DNA of 64,000 bases from Acidimicrobiales bacterium (GCA_963663255.1 OY760141.1:2253103-2317102); one strand, 5' to 3'. Positions 17,121 through 28,584 are shown, counted from the first letter of the stretch. Notes: generated from the letters alone by a model not told the origin. Translations and numbers: made by a program.

Positions 17121-18050
17121 TCACCCCAGCCGCCCCAACTGCCGCCTGAGCCAATCTTCTCGGTGGGCGGCGTAGCGTTGGGCGATTTGGGTTTGGGGGA
17201 AGAGGCCTACGCCGTGGGGGGCGCCGGGGTAGACGTGGAGTTCGGTGGGGATGCCGGCGCCGTAGAGGCGTTTGGCGTAGATGATGTCCTCGTCGCGGAA
17301 TCCGTCGGCACCGCCGACGCAGACGTAGGCCTCGGGCAGGCCGGACAGGTCCTCGGCCCGGGCGGCAGCCGCGGTATAAGGGACGTCGTCGGCGCCGTAG
17401 AGGTCGCCGAGATAGCACTGCCAACCAAAGGCATTGGTCTTCTTGGTCCAGATCACCAGGTTTTCGAGTTGGCTTGATGGGGTGATTTGGCGGTCGTCGA
17501 TCATCGGGCAGTCCAAGAGCTGGAACTGCAACGGCACCTCGCCCCGATCCCGAGCCAGCAACGCCAACGCGGCGCACAGCCCGCCCCCGGCGCTGACCCC
17601 GGTGATGCCGATTTTGTCGGGGTCGATGCCGATCTCCGCCGCGTTGTCATGGGTCCACTTCAAACCGGCGTAGCAGTCCTCCAAGGGTCCCGGATAGGGC
17701 GTCTCCGGTGCCAGGCGGTACTCCACCGACACCCCGACAACGCCATAGGCCGGACACCACCGGTCGAACTTGGCGTCGTCCATGTCGTAGGTGCCCCGGA
17801 TGTAACCCCCGCCATGGATTGAGTACACACATGGCACGGCACCCTCCAGCCCCACCGGGCGGTGCACTCGCACCGCCACTCCGGTGGCCTCATCCACCAC
17901 ATGGTCCGACCGCTCCACCGCATCGCTCAGCTCCGGAAACTGGACCGGCAGACTGGCCCGAATTTCAGCCAAGAAGTCAGCGCTGAGATCCCGGGTCGGC
18001 ACCAGATGCTTAACCCGCTCAATCTCCGGATCTAACCGAACCGTGTCCAT
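17121..18050 (-). CDS. Alpha/beta hydrolase (HSL/Aes-type esterase-lipase), copy A
   Basis: HGGGY oxyanion motif, GVSAGGG nucleophile elbow, 309 aa. Confidence 0.85.
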   Translation of the reverse strand: MDTVRLDPEIERVKHLVPTRDLSADFLAEIRASLPVQFPELSDAVERSDHVVDEATGVAVRVHRPVGLEGAVPCVYSIHGGGYIRGTYDMDDAKFDRWCPAYGVVGVSVEYRLAPETPYPGPLEDCYAGLKWTHDNAAEIGIDPDKIGITGVSAGGGLCAALALLARDRGEVPLQFQLLDCPMIDDRQITPSSQLENLVIWTKKTNAFGWQCYLGDLYGADDVPYTAAAARAEDLSGLPEAYVCVGGADGFRDEDIIYAKRLYGAGIPTELHVYPGAPHGVGLFPQTQIAQRYAAHREDWLRRQLGRLG

Positions 18051-18106
18051 TTCAACTCCATTTCACAGGTGGGCCGTTCACAGCAGTCTGACACTGCGGA
18101 GGGCAA

Positions 18107-18126
18107 ACGGACCCGCAAAGGGCCGT
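18107..18126 (-). terminator. Possible hairpin terminator after mazF
   Basis: ACGG(A)CCC-GCAAA-GGGCCGT stem-loop starts 3 nt after the mazF stop. It is followed on the minus strand by UUUGCCC. Confidence 0.3.
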
Positions 18127-18128
18127 CC

Positions 18129-18485
18129 CTAGCGGCTTGAGACCGGCAGGTCAAGGGCCAGGCCCATGCCTGCTTCAATCAACCGCATGGTGGCGGTGTC
18201 TACCCTGCCGACCCAATCAGACAGTCGGGCCTTGTCGATCGTCACGATCTGGGAGACATTGGCTACCGAGTCGCGGTCCAAGCCACTGGTCTCCGATGGC
18301 AGCTCAACGTTGCCGGGCGCATCGGCAAGGCGGAGGTTCGAGGTAATGGCCACCGCCAGCACAGTGTCGATTCTGCTCTGGTTGAATCGGTCGCTGGACA
18401 CAACGAGCACCGGACGGCGGCGGCCTGGCTCTGATCCCGTTGGCTGACGGAGATCCACCCAGTAGATCTCACCCCGGTGAATCAC
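18129..18485 (-). CDS. mazF: MazF/PemK family endoribonuclease toxin
   Basis: RGEIYWVDLRQPTGSEPGRRRPVLVVSSD...VAITSN...VNVSQIVTIDKARL is a classic PemK signature. The GTG start overlaps the antitoxin stop (GTGA). Confidence 0.9.
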   Translation of the reverse strand: MIHRGEIYWVDLRQPTGSEPGRRRPVLVVSSDRFNQSRIDTVLAVAITSNLRLADAPGNVELPSETSGLDRDSVANVSQIVTIDKARLSDWVGRVDTATMRLIEAGMGLALDLPVSSR

Positions 18486-18715
18486 CAGGGATCTGACAGC
18501 GCGTCGTCCTGCGCTTCCTTCAGCGTTTCATCAAGACCCGAGGACACCTCCGCATACACAGCATCGAGGCGAGCGGTGACCTCATCGCCGTCTGCTTCGG
18601 CCAGTAGCCGCTCTAGTGCCTGCGCATACAAGTTCGAACGGGAACACCGGCGGCGGGCCGCCAACTCCTCGGCGGCTTCGAACACCGCATCGGGGATAGA
18701 CACCGCAACCTTCAC
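18482..18715 (-). CDS. Type II antitoxin (ribbon-helix-helix / MazE-like)
   Basis: 77 aa with an N-terminal beta-strand (KVAVSIPDAVFEAAEELA) and an acidic C-terminus. Start-stop coupled to mazF. Confidence 0.75.
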   Translation of the reverse strand: MKVAVSIPDAVFEAAEELAARRRCSRSNLYAQALERLLAEADGDEVTARLDAVYAEVSSGLDETLKEAQDDALSDPW

Positions 18716-18724
18716 AGGGTCAGT

Positions 18725-18742
18725 ATAACCAGGTATTACCAG
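18725..18742 (-). promoter_or_regulatory. Candidate mazEF promoter/operator
   Basis: Minus strand reads CTGGTAAT-ac-CTGGTTAT, two 8-mers spaced 10 nt apart. They run into TATACT 7 nt upstream of the GTG start, which suggests a leaderless transcript. Confidence 0.25.
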
Positions 18743-18770
18743 CTAGGAAACATTGCGCAAGCGCCGCTTT

Positions 18771-19700
18771 TCAGCCGATGCGTTCCAGTTGGCGGCGGAG
18801 CCAATCCTCTTGGTCGGCGGAGTACCGCTGGGCCACTTCGAGGTGGGCGAAGAGGGCGACACCGTGGGGGGCGCCGGGGTAGACGTGGAGCTCGGTGGGG
18901 ACACCGGCGCCGTAGAGGCGCATGGCGTAGTCGATGTCCTCGTCGCGGAATCCGTCGGCACCGCCGACGCAGACGTAGGCCTCGGGCAGGCCGGACAAGT
19001 CCTCGGCTCGGGCGGGCGCCGCGGTGTACGGCACATCGTCAGCGCCGTAGAGATCGCCGAGGTAGCACTGCCAGCCGAAAGTGTTCGAGTTCTTGTGCCA
19101 TATCAACAGGTCGTCGAGCTGGCTTGACGGGGTGATCTGGCGATCGTCGACCATCGGGCAGTCCAAGAGCTGGAACTGCAATGGCACCTCACCCCGATCA
19201 CGAGCCAACAGCGCGAGCGCCGCGCACAGCCCACCCCCAGCGCTGACCCCGGTGATGCCGATCTTGTCGCGGTCTATGCCGATCTCTTCGGCATTTTCGT
19301 ACGTCCACTTCAATCCGGCGTAACAGTCCTCCAGCGGACCTGGATACGCCGTCTCGGGCGACAAGCGGTACTCCACCGACACCCCGACGATGCCGTACTC
19401 CTGACACCACCGGTCGAACTTGGCGTCATCCATCTCGTAGCTGCCCAGGATGTAGCCCCCGCCGTGGATGGAGTACACACACGGAACCGCACCCTCTTGG
19501 CCCACCGCTCGGTGCACCCGCACCACCACGCCGTTGGCCTCATCCACCACATGGTCGGTGCGCTCGACCGCATCGCTGAGTTCGGGAAGCTCCCCTAGAC
19601 GTGATTCCCGCAGCTCAGGCAACACCTCGGCATTGACCTCACCGATGGGAACCATGTCCTTGAGTGGCTCGATTTCCTCGTGCAGTGCAACCGTCGCCAT
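18771..19700 (-). CDS. Alpha/beta hydrolase (HSL/Aes-type esterase-lipase), copy B
   Basis: Same motifs as copy A. Trimmed to ATG 19700, preceded by agagggag RBS, which gives 309 aa like copy A. Confidence 0.85.
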   Translation of the reverse strand: MATVALHEEIEPLKDMVPIGEVNAEVLPELRESRLGELPELSDAVERTDHVVDEANGVVVRVHRAVGQEGAVPCVYSIHGGGYILGSYEMDDAKFDRWCQEYGIVGVSVEYRLSPETAYPGPLEDCYAGLKWTYENAEEIGIDRDKIGITGVSAGGGLCAALALLARDRGEVPLQFQLLDCPMVDDRQITPSSQLDDLLIWHKNSNTFGWQCYLGDLYGADDVPYTAAPARAEDLSGLPEAYVCVGGADGFRDEDIDYAMRLYGAGVPTELHVYPGAPHGVALFAHLEVAQRYSADQEDWLRRQLERIG

Positions 19701-19882
19701 GTCAGCTCCCTCTCTTTGCTTGTCGGCTACCCGACCGGTACGAACGAGCACGAATACTAGACACTGCGGCCAACCGCTTGTCATGGATGGTCCATCGGCA
19801 CCCAGTTCGCTGGCGTGGGTACCCGATGCCCTTGCTGAGTAACCTGCCGGGCGATGCCCTGCGCCAATAGCCTGAGCCCGCG

Positions 19883-22234
19883 ATGATCCTCCAGCACCTG
19901 CGGGTCATTGAGGTGGGCGGTGACATAGCGGCCTCCTACGCGGGGAAGCTCCTGGCCGACGCCGGGGCCGATGTCATCAAGGTCGAGCCTCCTGGCGGCG
20001 AGCCTCTACGCCGGTGGTCGGCGTCGGGCGCGGAGTTGGGCGACAAAGACGGACCCCTGTTCCAGTTCCTCAACACCTCCAAGCGCTCGGTGATCGGCGA
20101 TCCGAGCGACGCGGCAATGGCCGACCTGCTGGCCAGCGCCGACATCCTCATCGACTCCACCGACCAAGGGCTACCTCCCGCAATCGTCGACAGCGCCCGC
20201 CAGGCCAACCCCTCCCAGGTGCTGGTGTCGATATCCCCCTGGGGCCGCACCGGCCCCTACGCGCACCGGCCAGCCACCGAGTTCACCTTGCAGGCCGAGT
20301 GCGGGGGCATCGGCAAGCGGGGCAACCCCGAGCGGCCGCCGGTACAGGCCGGAGGCGTCATCGGCGAATGGACCGCGGCGATCTACGCCGGTGTGGGAGC
20401 GCTGGCCGCTGCCCGAGCCGCCGGACGCAGCGGTCGGGGCGACCACGTGGACGTCTCCATGTTCGAGACCATGGTCATGACCATGAACACCTACGCGTGG
20501 ATCAACGCCGAATTCACCGGCGACACCAACCCCGAACGACCCGGTCGCAATGTGGAGCTGCCCTCCATCGAGCCCACCGCCGACGGCCACGTGGGCTTTT
20601 GCACGGTGGCCCGCCAGCAGTTCCTGGACTTCTTGGTGATGATCGGCCGTCCCGACTGGCTGGAGGACGAGGAGATGTGCGGCTACGGCGGTCGCTGGAA
20701 GCGGCGGGACGAGTTCCGAGCTGCCATGCACGCCTGGACCACCCAGCGGACAACCGCCGAGGTGATCGCCGAAGCGTCGGCCCGGCGCATCCCGGTGGCC
20801 CCCATCGGCAACGGGGCCACCCTGCCGACCCTGGAGGCGTTCTCCGGTCGGGAAGCCTTCACCGAGAACCCGTCGGGCGGTTTCACCCAACCGGCTGTCC
20901 CCTATCAACTGCACGGGGCCGACCCCCGGCCCTTCGAGCCGGTCCCCACCACAGGACAGCACACCGGCCAGATCGAGGCCCATGTCCCCCAACCCAACCG
21001 GGGTGAGCCTGCTGCCCTTCCCCTGGCGGGAGTGCGAGTGATCGACTTCACTGCCTGGTGGGCCGGTCCCATCGCCAGCCACTCGCTGGCTCTTCTGGGC
21101 GCCGATGTGGTCAAGGTCGAGTCCATCCAGCGGGCCGACGGAATGCGCTTCGCTTCCGCCCGCCCGCCCAGCGTGGACCAGTGGTGGGATTGGGGCATGG
21201 TCTTCCACGGAGCCAACACCAACAAGCGGGACGTCACCCTCGACCTCCGCTCTCCCGAGGGAGTGGAGATAGCTAAGGGGCTGATCGCCGACGCCGATGT
21301 GGTGATCGAGAACTTCACCCCCCGGGTGATGGAGGGCTTCGGCCTCACTTGGGAGCGGTTGTCGGAACTCAATCCAAGGCTGATCATGACCCGGATGCCC
21401 GCCTTCGGCCTAGACGGCGCCTGGCGGAACAACACCGGATTCGCCCAGACCATGGAACAGCTCACCGGTATGGCCGCCATCACCGGCTATCCCGACGAGG
21501 ATCCCCAGATACCCCGAGGCCCGTGCGACCCGCTGGCCGGCATGCACGCGGTATTCGCCACCCTGACTGCCCTGGAAGAGCGGGACCAGACCGGCAAGGG
21601 ACGGCTAGTGGAAGTGACCATGGTGGCCGCGGCCCTCAACGCCGCCGCCGAACAATTGGTGGAGTACTCCGCCTTCGGCCGCCAACTCCCCCGAGAGGGC
21701 AACCGGGGACCGCGGGCCGCGCCCCAGGGCGTGTACCCCGCGGCCGGTTTCGAGCGATGGGTGGCGGTGGCGGTGGCCGACGATCGCCAGTGGGAGGCCC
21801 TATGCGGCCTGCTCGAACGCCCCGATTGGTCCGACTACGACTCCGTAGATAAACGCCGAGCCGCCGCCGATGCCATCGATGAAGCGCTGGGCGAATGGAT
21901 CGCCCCCCAAACTGACGCCGACGCGGTGGCACAACTGCTCGACGCCGGGATCCCGGCCAGCGTGGTGGTACTCGGAGCCGAGATCGGCAACCATCCCCAG
22001 CTTCGGACTCGCTCGTTCATCGAGCCGATCCAGCATCCAGTGTGCGGTGAGGTACCCGCCGCCAGCCTACCGTTCCGGTTCGAGTCATCACCTGGCCCCT
22101 GGACCATGGCTCCGGCCCCCACTCTCGGCCAGCACAACCGCGAGGTGCTGGGCGGCGAACTGGGCCTGACCGATGAGGAGCTTGCCGAATTGGAGGCCAA
22201 AGGCGTCATCGGCACCCGCCCCGCCGGGCTTTGA
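19883..22234 (+). CDS. Family III CoA-transferase (CaiB/BaiF), two tandem fused domains
   Basis: The N-terminal signature occurs twice: LRVIEVGGDIAASYAGKLLADAGADVIKVEPPGG and VRVIDFTAWWAGPIASHSLALLGADVVKVES. Confidence 0.85.
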   Translation: MILQHLRVIEVGGDIAASYAGKLLADAGADVIKVEPPGGEPLRRWSASGAELGDKDGPLFQFLNTSKRSVIGDPSDAAMADLLASADILIDSTDQGLPPAIVDSARQANPSQVLVSISPWGRTGPYAHRPATEFTLQAECGGIGKRGNPERPPVQAGGVIGEWTAAIYAGVGALAAARAAGRSGRGDHVDVSMFETMVMTMNTYAWINAEFTGDTNPERPGRNVELPSIEPTADGHVGFCTVARQQFLDFLVMIGRPDWLEDEEMCGYGGRWKRRDEFRAAMHAWTTQRTTAEVIAEASARRIPVAPIGNGATLPTLEAFSGREAFTENPSGGFTQPAVPYQLHGADPRPFEPVPTTGQHTGQIEAHVPQPNRGEPAALPLAGVRVIDFTAWWAGPIASHSLALLGADVVKVESIQRADGMRFASARPPSVDQWWDWGMVFHGANTNKRDVTLDLRSPEGVEIAKGLIADADVVIENFTPRVMEGFGLTWERLSELNPRLIMTRMPAFGLDGAWRNNTGFAQTMEQLTGMAAITGYPDEDPQIPRGPCDPLAGMHAVFATLTALEERDQTGKGRLVEVTMVAAALNAAAEQLVEYSAFGRQLPREGNRGPRAAPQGVYPAAGFERWVAVAVADDRQWEALCGLLERPDWSDYDSVDKRRAAADAIDEALGEWIAPQTDADAVAQLLDAGIPASVVVLGAEIGNHPQLRTRSFIEPIQHPVCGEVPAASLPFRFESSPGPWTMAPAPTLGQHNREVLGGELGLTDEELAELEAKGVIGTRPAGL

Positions 22235-22277
22235 CCTTCCGGTAGCTAGAACCTGACGAGTCGGCTGGATCGACGCA

Positions 22278-23801
22278 TCAGGAGTCGAGGCCCAGCGTGG
22301 CTGTTTCGACGAGGTCCACCAAGTTGTCGGGGTCGCAATCCATGGTGCCAGCAGTGGGAGGATGGCGGCGGATCCAACCGCTAGCAGTGGGGCTCACCAG
22401 CAGGAAGCACGGTGACGGGATTCCCTCGGCGGGGTTGGTGGGACCGTGCAGCCCGCGGCCGTCCCATTCGGTGATGGTGCGAGCCGACTCGATCACCAGC
22501 TCTCGAGTCAGTCCCCCGCCGCTTGAGAACATCGCCCGGTTGACCGCCTCCTCGAACAAGAGCGCTGATGCCCAGCTCGAAAGGCCGATCAAATCCACCT
22601 CGGCTTCCTCGTCCACTTCTTCTCTCAAAAAGAGTACGTATCTAACCAGCTCGACGTTTTCGCCCGGCTCTTCAAAGGGAAGCATCCCGATGCTCACCCA
22701 GAGATCCGACCCCAGTTCTGATACCTCAGCGGCCCAGCTTTGGGAGTAGCAGTCCGTGGAGCAGAGCACGAAGGTCGGACCGTCTGTGGGCTCCTCTTCC
22801 ACCGCCTCTTCCTCTTGAGGCTGATCTTGGTCTTCGACAGTGGGTACTTCCTGGTCAGCTTCAGCAGGGTCACCTTCGGGTGCCGCGCCGGAGTCTTCCT
22901 CCGGCTGGAGAAAATCAAACGTCGGTAGCTGCGCAAACAGGCTTGCCCGAGATTCCAGCAGTTCCATGAGCCGACCGCTGTCTGCAGACCAGGTGATACC
23001 TAGAACACCAGCTTCCACCATGGCTGAGAACAGCGCGTCGTAGTCCTCATCGACTACCTCAGCAGTGGCTTGGAAGACGAAGTTGAATCCCCCTTCGGTC
23101 GCGGCCTCGATTTCCCGCTGGGCTCGGTGGAAGGCAACCGGCAAGTCCAGCACAACCGTGCCCACTGCCCCCGCGGCATCCGGGAAGCGCTCACTCAAGT
23201 GCTGGGCCGGGCCGGCCTGCCAAATGGTGTTGGACGTCGGATTGGAGACGAACGTCACCGATGACGCCCGCCGGGCCGGGCTCAGTGCAGCGGCCGGGAA
23301 GTCGGGAAGGAGGCAGGACTCATCATTCAACAGGTCTACCCCGTCGCCGTCGAACAGGGCATGAGACCCCACCAAGGCGAAGATGTCGCTCTCACAGGCC
23401 TCCCGGACAGCCGCCCGGTGGTCGAACACGTTGGCGTCGAAGAGAACCACCTCGACGTCACGGCCTCCAAGGCCCCCAGTGCTGTTCACGGCATGGGCCC
23501 AAGCCCGCATTGCCAGCCACGCGGCCTCGCTGCCACCGGATGCCGCATTGCCAGCGCTGATGTCGGCGATCACCCCGATCCGGATCACCTCATCGCTCAC
23601 CCCGGTCCGAATCGGTGCAGCGGTGGGCTCCGGTACCTCTGTGTCGAGGGCGGGAGGGGTTGGGGTGGGAGTGGCCAGGTCAGGCGACGACACCACCGGT
23701 CCCTGGAGATTGGGGGCCTTGCAGCCCGCGACCACCAAGGCCAGCGCCACCGTCAACACCAGTGGCGCAGTTGCAAGCTTTAAGAAGCGGGCGAGCCGCA
23801 C
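22278..23801 (-). CDS. Lipoprotein, periplasmic-binding-protein (Leu/Ile/Val-type, type 1 PBP) like, with an acidic insertion
   Basis: Signal peptide plus lipobox LVVAGC. The VIRIGVIADIS...GGLGGRDVEVVLFD pattern fits a type 1 PBP. Start set to GTG 23801 so that it does not overlap metY, and is uncertain. Confidence 0.65.
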   Translation of the reverse strand: MRLARFLKLATAPLVLTVALALVVAGCKAPNLQGPVVSSPDLATPTPTPPALDTEVPEPTAAPIRTGVSDEVIRIGVIADISAGNAASGGSEAAWLAMRAWAHAVNSTGGLGGRDVEVVLFDANVFDHRAAVREACESDIFALVGSHALFDGDGVDLLNDESCLLPDFPAAALSPARRASSVTFVSNPTSNTIWQAGPAQHLSERFPDAAGAVGTVVLDLPVAFHRAQREIEAATEGGFNFVFQATAEVVDEDYDALFSAMVEAGVLGITWSADSGRLMELLESRASLFAQLPTFDFLQPEEDSGAAPEGDPAEADQEVPTVEDQDQPQEEEAVEEEPTDGPTFVLCSTDCYSQSWAAEVSELGSDLWVSIGMLPFEEPGENVELVRYVLFLREEVDEEAEVDLIGLSSWASALLFEEAVNRAMFSSGGGLTRELVIESARTITEWDGRGLHGPTNPAEGIPSPCFLLVSPTASGWIRRHPPTAGTMDCDPDNLVDLVETATLGLDS

Positions 23802-23844
23802 GCCTTTATCGTCGCACGTAGCTGACGCCGCGAGGGCCGCGGGG

Positions 23845-25158
23845 TCAGGCCCGGGCAGCGGCGAAGCCCTGCTCCAGGTCGGCGATGATGTCGTCCACCG
23901 TCTCGAGGCCAACCGAAAGCCTCACCAGTCCGGGGTACACGCCGGTGCTGACCTGCTCTTCTTCGGTGAGCTGCGAGTGGGTGGTGGACGCCGGGTGGAT
24001 CACCAGGCTGCGCACGTCGCCGATGTTGGCCACATGGCTGTGCAGGGTGAGCGCGTTCACGAACTTCTCGCCGGCGTCGCGTCCACCCTTGATGTGGAAG
24101 GCCGGCACCGAGCCATAACCCCTGCCGCCGGTGTAGTGGTTTATCCGCTCGTGCCACGGGCTGGACGACAGTCCGCCGAACTGCACCGATTCCACCTGAT
24201 TGTGGCCCTCGAGGTACTCGGACACGGTTTGAGCGTTGGAGCAATGCCGCTCCATGCGATAGCTGAGCGTCTCCAAGCCTTGCAGGAAGTAGAAGGCGTT
24301 TTGCGGGGAAATGGCCGCGCCGATGTCGCGAAGCAACTGCACCCGGGCCTTGATGATGAAGGAGCCGTTGCCCAGCGCCGGCCAGAAAGCCAGACCGTGG
24401 TAGCTGGGGTCGGGTTCGGTGAAGTTGGGGAAGCGACCGCTGGCCCCGTAGTCAAAGGTGCCGCCGTCGATGATGACCCCGCCGATGGAATTGCCATGAC
24501 CGCCGATGAACTTGGTCATGGAGTGGACCACGATGTCGGCGCCGTATTCCAACGGGCGGATCAGGTAGGGGGACGGAACCGTGTTGTCCACCATGAGGGG
24601 GATGCCTTCGGCGTGGCCCACCGCGGCGACGCCTTCAATGTCGAGGCAGTCGTTCTTGGGATTGCCGATGGTCTCGGCGTAGAGCACCTTGGTGTTCTCC
24701 TGGATGGCGTTCTTCCAGGCACCCAAGTCGTCGGGGTCCTCAATGAACGACACCTCGATGCCCATCTTGGGCAGGGTGTAGTGCAAAAGGTTGTAGGTTC
24801 CGCCGTACAGCGACGCGGAAGACACCACGTGGTCGCCCGACTCGGCCAGGTTCAAGATGGCCAGCGTCTCCGCGGCTTGTCCTGATGCCATGGCCAGCGC
24901 TCCGGGAATACCAATGGCCGTCTCGGTGCCGCCTTCCAGTGCAGACAGGCGGGCCTCCAGCACCATCTGGGTAGGATTCATGATGCGGGTGTAGATGTTG
25001 CCCACCTCGGCCAGCCCGAACAGCGCGGCGGCATGCTCGGTGTCGCGGAACACATAAGAGGTTGTCTGATAGATAGGCACGGCCCGGGCCCCGGTGGCCG
25101 GATCGGGCTCCTGCCCGGCATGGATTTGCTTGGTTTCGAAACCCCAGTTTTCGCTCAC
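23845..25158 (-). CDS. metY: O-acetylhomoserine sulfhydrylase (aminocarboxypropyltransferase), PLP-dependent
   Basis: WGFETKQIHAGQEPD N-terminus and PLP-lysine region SMTKFIGGHG, 437 aa. Confidence 0.9.
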   Translation of the reverse strand: MSENWGFETKQIHAGQEPDPATGARAVPIYQTTSYVFRDTEHAAALFGLAEVGNIYTRIMNPTQMVLEARLSALEGGTETAIGIPGALAMASGQAAETLAILNLAESGDHVVSSASLYGGTYNLLHYTLPKMGIEVSFIEDPDDLGAWKNAIQENTKVLYAETIGNPKNDCLDIEGVAAVGHAEGIPLMVDNTVPSPYLIRPLEYGADIVVHSMTKFIGGHGNSIGGVIIDGGTFDYGASGRFPNFTEPDPSYHGLAFWPALGNGSFIIKARVQLLRDIGAAISPQNAFYFLQGLETLSYRMERHCSNAQTVSEYLEGHNQVESVQFGGLSSSPWHERINHYTGGRGYGSVPAFHIKGGRDAGEKFVNALTLHSHVANIGDVRSLVIHPASTTHSQLTEEEQVSTGVYPGLVRLSVGLETVDDIIADLEQGFAAARA

Positions 25159-25241
25159 GGTTCTTCCTTCTTCCCTTTTGGGTAACCCGATAGATACTAA
25201 TGAATAACTACTGTCTGGCCGCTAGCCGACCATTCGATGGG

Positions 25242-26835
<1,594 letters not shown>

Positions 26836-26839
<4 letters not shown>

Positions 26840-28584
26840 CGGGGCCGGTCCTGCTGGGAGGGATCGACCACCACGTCGCTGTTGGACATCCCGGCCGGAA
26901 CCATGGGAAACACATTCTCGCCGGCCTCGCAGCGAAACTCGACCACAACCGGCTGGTCGTCGATCTCGTTGGCCTGGGCAATGGCCGGGCCGACCTCCTC
27001 GGGCGACTCCACCCGGAGCCCGACGCAGCCCAGTGCCTCAGCCCACAGCTTGTAGTCGGGCACGTCGCGGGTCAGGTACACCTCGGAATAGCGCTCCTCA
27101 TAGAACATCTCCTGCCATTGGCGGACCATTCCCAAATAGGCATTGTTGATCAGAGCCACCTTGATGGGGAAACCCTCAGTGGCCGCGGTGACCAGCTCCT
27201 GGGCGGTCATCTGGAAGCAGCCATCGCCGTCTACCGCCCACACCATGCGGTCGGGCCGGCCGGCTTTGGCCCCGATGGCCGCGGGGATGGCGAATCCCAT
27301 GGTGCCCAGGCCGCCCGAGTTCACCCAGGTGTAGGGGTGGTTGAACTTCCAGTACTGGCTGGTCCACATCTGGTGCTGGCCCACGCCTGAGGCCACGATG
27401 GTGTCTTCGGGGGTGGCGTCGCGCAGCTGTTCCAGCACGTACTGAGGCTTGAGCAGCTCATCGTCTTTCGACTGCTCGTAGGTCAGCGGGAACCGCTCCT
27501 GCCATCCGCTGATGCGGGACCTCCACGGGTTCCGGTCGGGCTGGGCCTCGTTCCCGCCCAGTTCCCCCAGCGCCGTGATCAGATCTTCGATCACCAGCCG
27601 GCAGTCGCCCTGGATGGCCACGTCGGGGCGGCGCACCTTGCCCAGCTCGGCACTGTCGATGTCCACGTGAATGATCTTGGCCAGGGGCGCGAACTCGGCC
27701 ACCTTGCCGGTGACCCGGTCATCGAAACGGGCGCCCAGAGCGATGAGGAGGTCGGACTCCTGCATGGCGGTGACCGCGGTGTAGTTGCCGTGCATGCCGG
27801 GCATGCCCAAACACAGCGGGTGGTCGTCGGGGAACCCGCCTCGGTTCATCAGCGTGGTGACCACGGGGATGCCGGTGAGCTCGGCCAACTCCAGCAGCGC
27901 CTCGGCAGCCCGGGCCTTCAAGATGCCGCCCCCGCTGTAGATCACCGGACGCTCGGCTTCGCAGATGAGCTTGGCCGCCTGACGGATCAGCTCGGCGTCG
28001 CCGGCGCGGTTGGGACGGTAGCCGGGCAGGTCGTGGCTGTCGGGCGTGTACCACTCCATCGCTGAGCGGGGGTTGTTGGGATCGACGATGTCTTTGGGGA
28101 TGTCCACCAGCACCGGGCCGGGGCGGCCGGTGGTGGCGATGTGGAAGGCGTCGTGAATCACCTGGGGGATGTCGGCAGCCTCAGTCACCAGGTAGTTGTG
28201 CTTGGTGACCGACATGGTGATGCCGGTGGTGTCGCACTCTTGGAAGGCGTCGGTGCCGATGGCGGCATAAGGAACCTGGCCGGTGACCACCACCATGGGG
28301 ATGGAGTCCATATAGGCATCGCATAGCGGGGTGACGATATTGGTAGCCGCCGGGCCCGAGGTGACCATGGCCACGCCGGGGCGGCCGGTGGCGTGGGCGT
28401 ATCCCTCGGCCATGTGGCCGGCGCCCTGCTCGTGGCGCACCAGCACATGGCGGATGGACGAGTCGATCAGCGGGTCGTACACCGGCAGGATGGCCCCGCC
28501 GGGCAGCCCGAACAAGATGTCCACGCCCTCGTTCTCGAGGGCCTTCATCAGGGCTTGTCCGCCGTTCATATTCATGTTTGGCAA
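26836..28584 (-). CDS. ilvB: Acetolactate synthase large (catalytic) subunit
   Basis: ThDP enzyme motifs (GGLGTMGFAIPAAIGA, DGDGCFQM), 582 aa. The exact Met among MPNMNMN is uncertain. Confidence 0.95.

Larger units (their letters stand above)
17121..19700. repeat. Two diverged direct copies of a 930-bp esterase gene (offset 1650 bp) bracketing mazEF
   Basis: Both copies are exactly 930 nt. An identical 65-nt run is present at 17283-17347 and 18933-18997, and the proteins align end to end with most positions identical. Confidence 0.85.

Noticed and set aside
8090-17130. Looked for direct repeats (att-like) at the two island boundaries.
   Set aside because: I found no convincing shared sequence of 10 nt or more by eye. 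This needs a computational repeat search, so it is not reported as a feature.
20014-21208. 330-aa (+) and 345-aa (-) ORFs inside the CoA-transferase gene.
   Set aside because: These are alternate-frame and antisense shadows. They are Arg/Pro/Gly-dominated, and the frame giving CaiB motifs is unambiguous.
23383-24885. 500-aa plus-strand ORF.
   Set aside because: It is antisense to metY and to the 5' end of the lipoprotein gene. It is Arg/Ala/Gly-rich with no recognisable domain.
25159-25241. Looked for a SAM or other riboswitch upstream of metY.
   Set aside because: The spacer is only 83 nt, is AT-rich and has no obvious multi-stem structure. That is too short for SAM-I or SAM-IV, so it is probably just a promoter and RBS.
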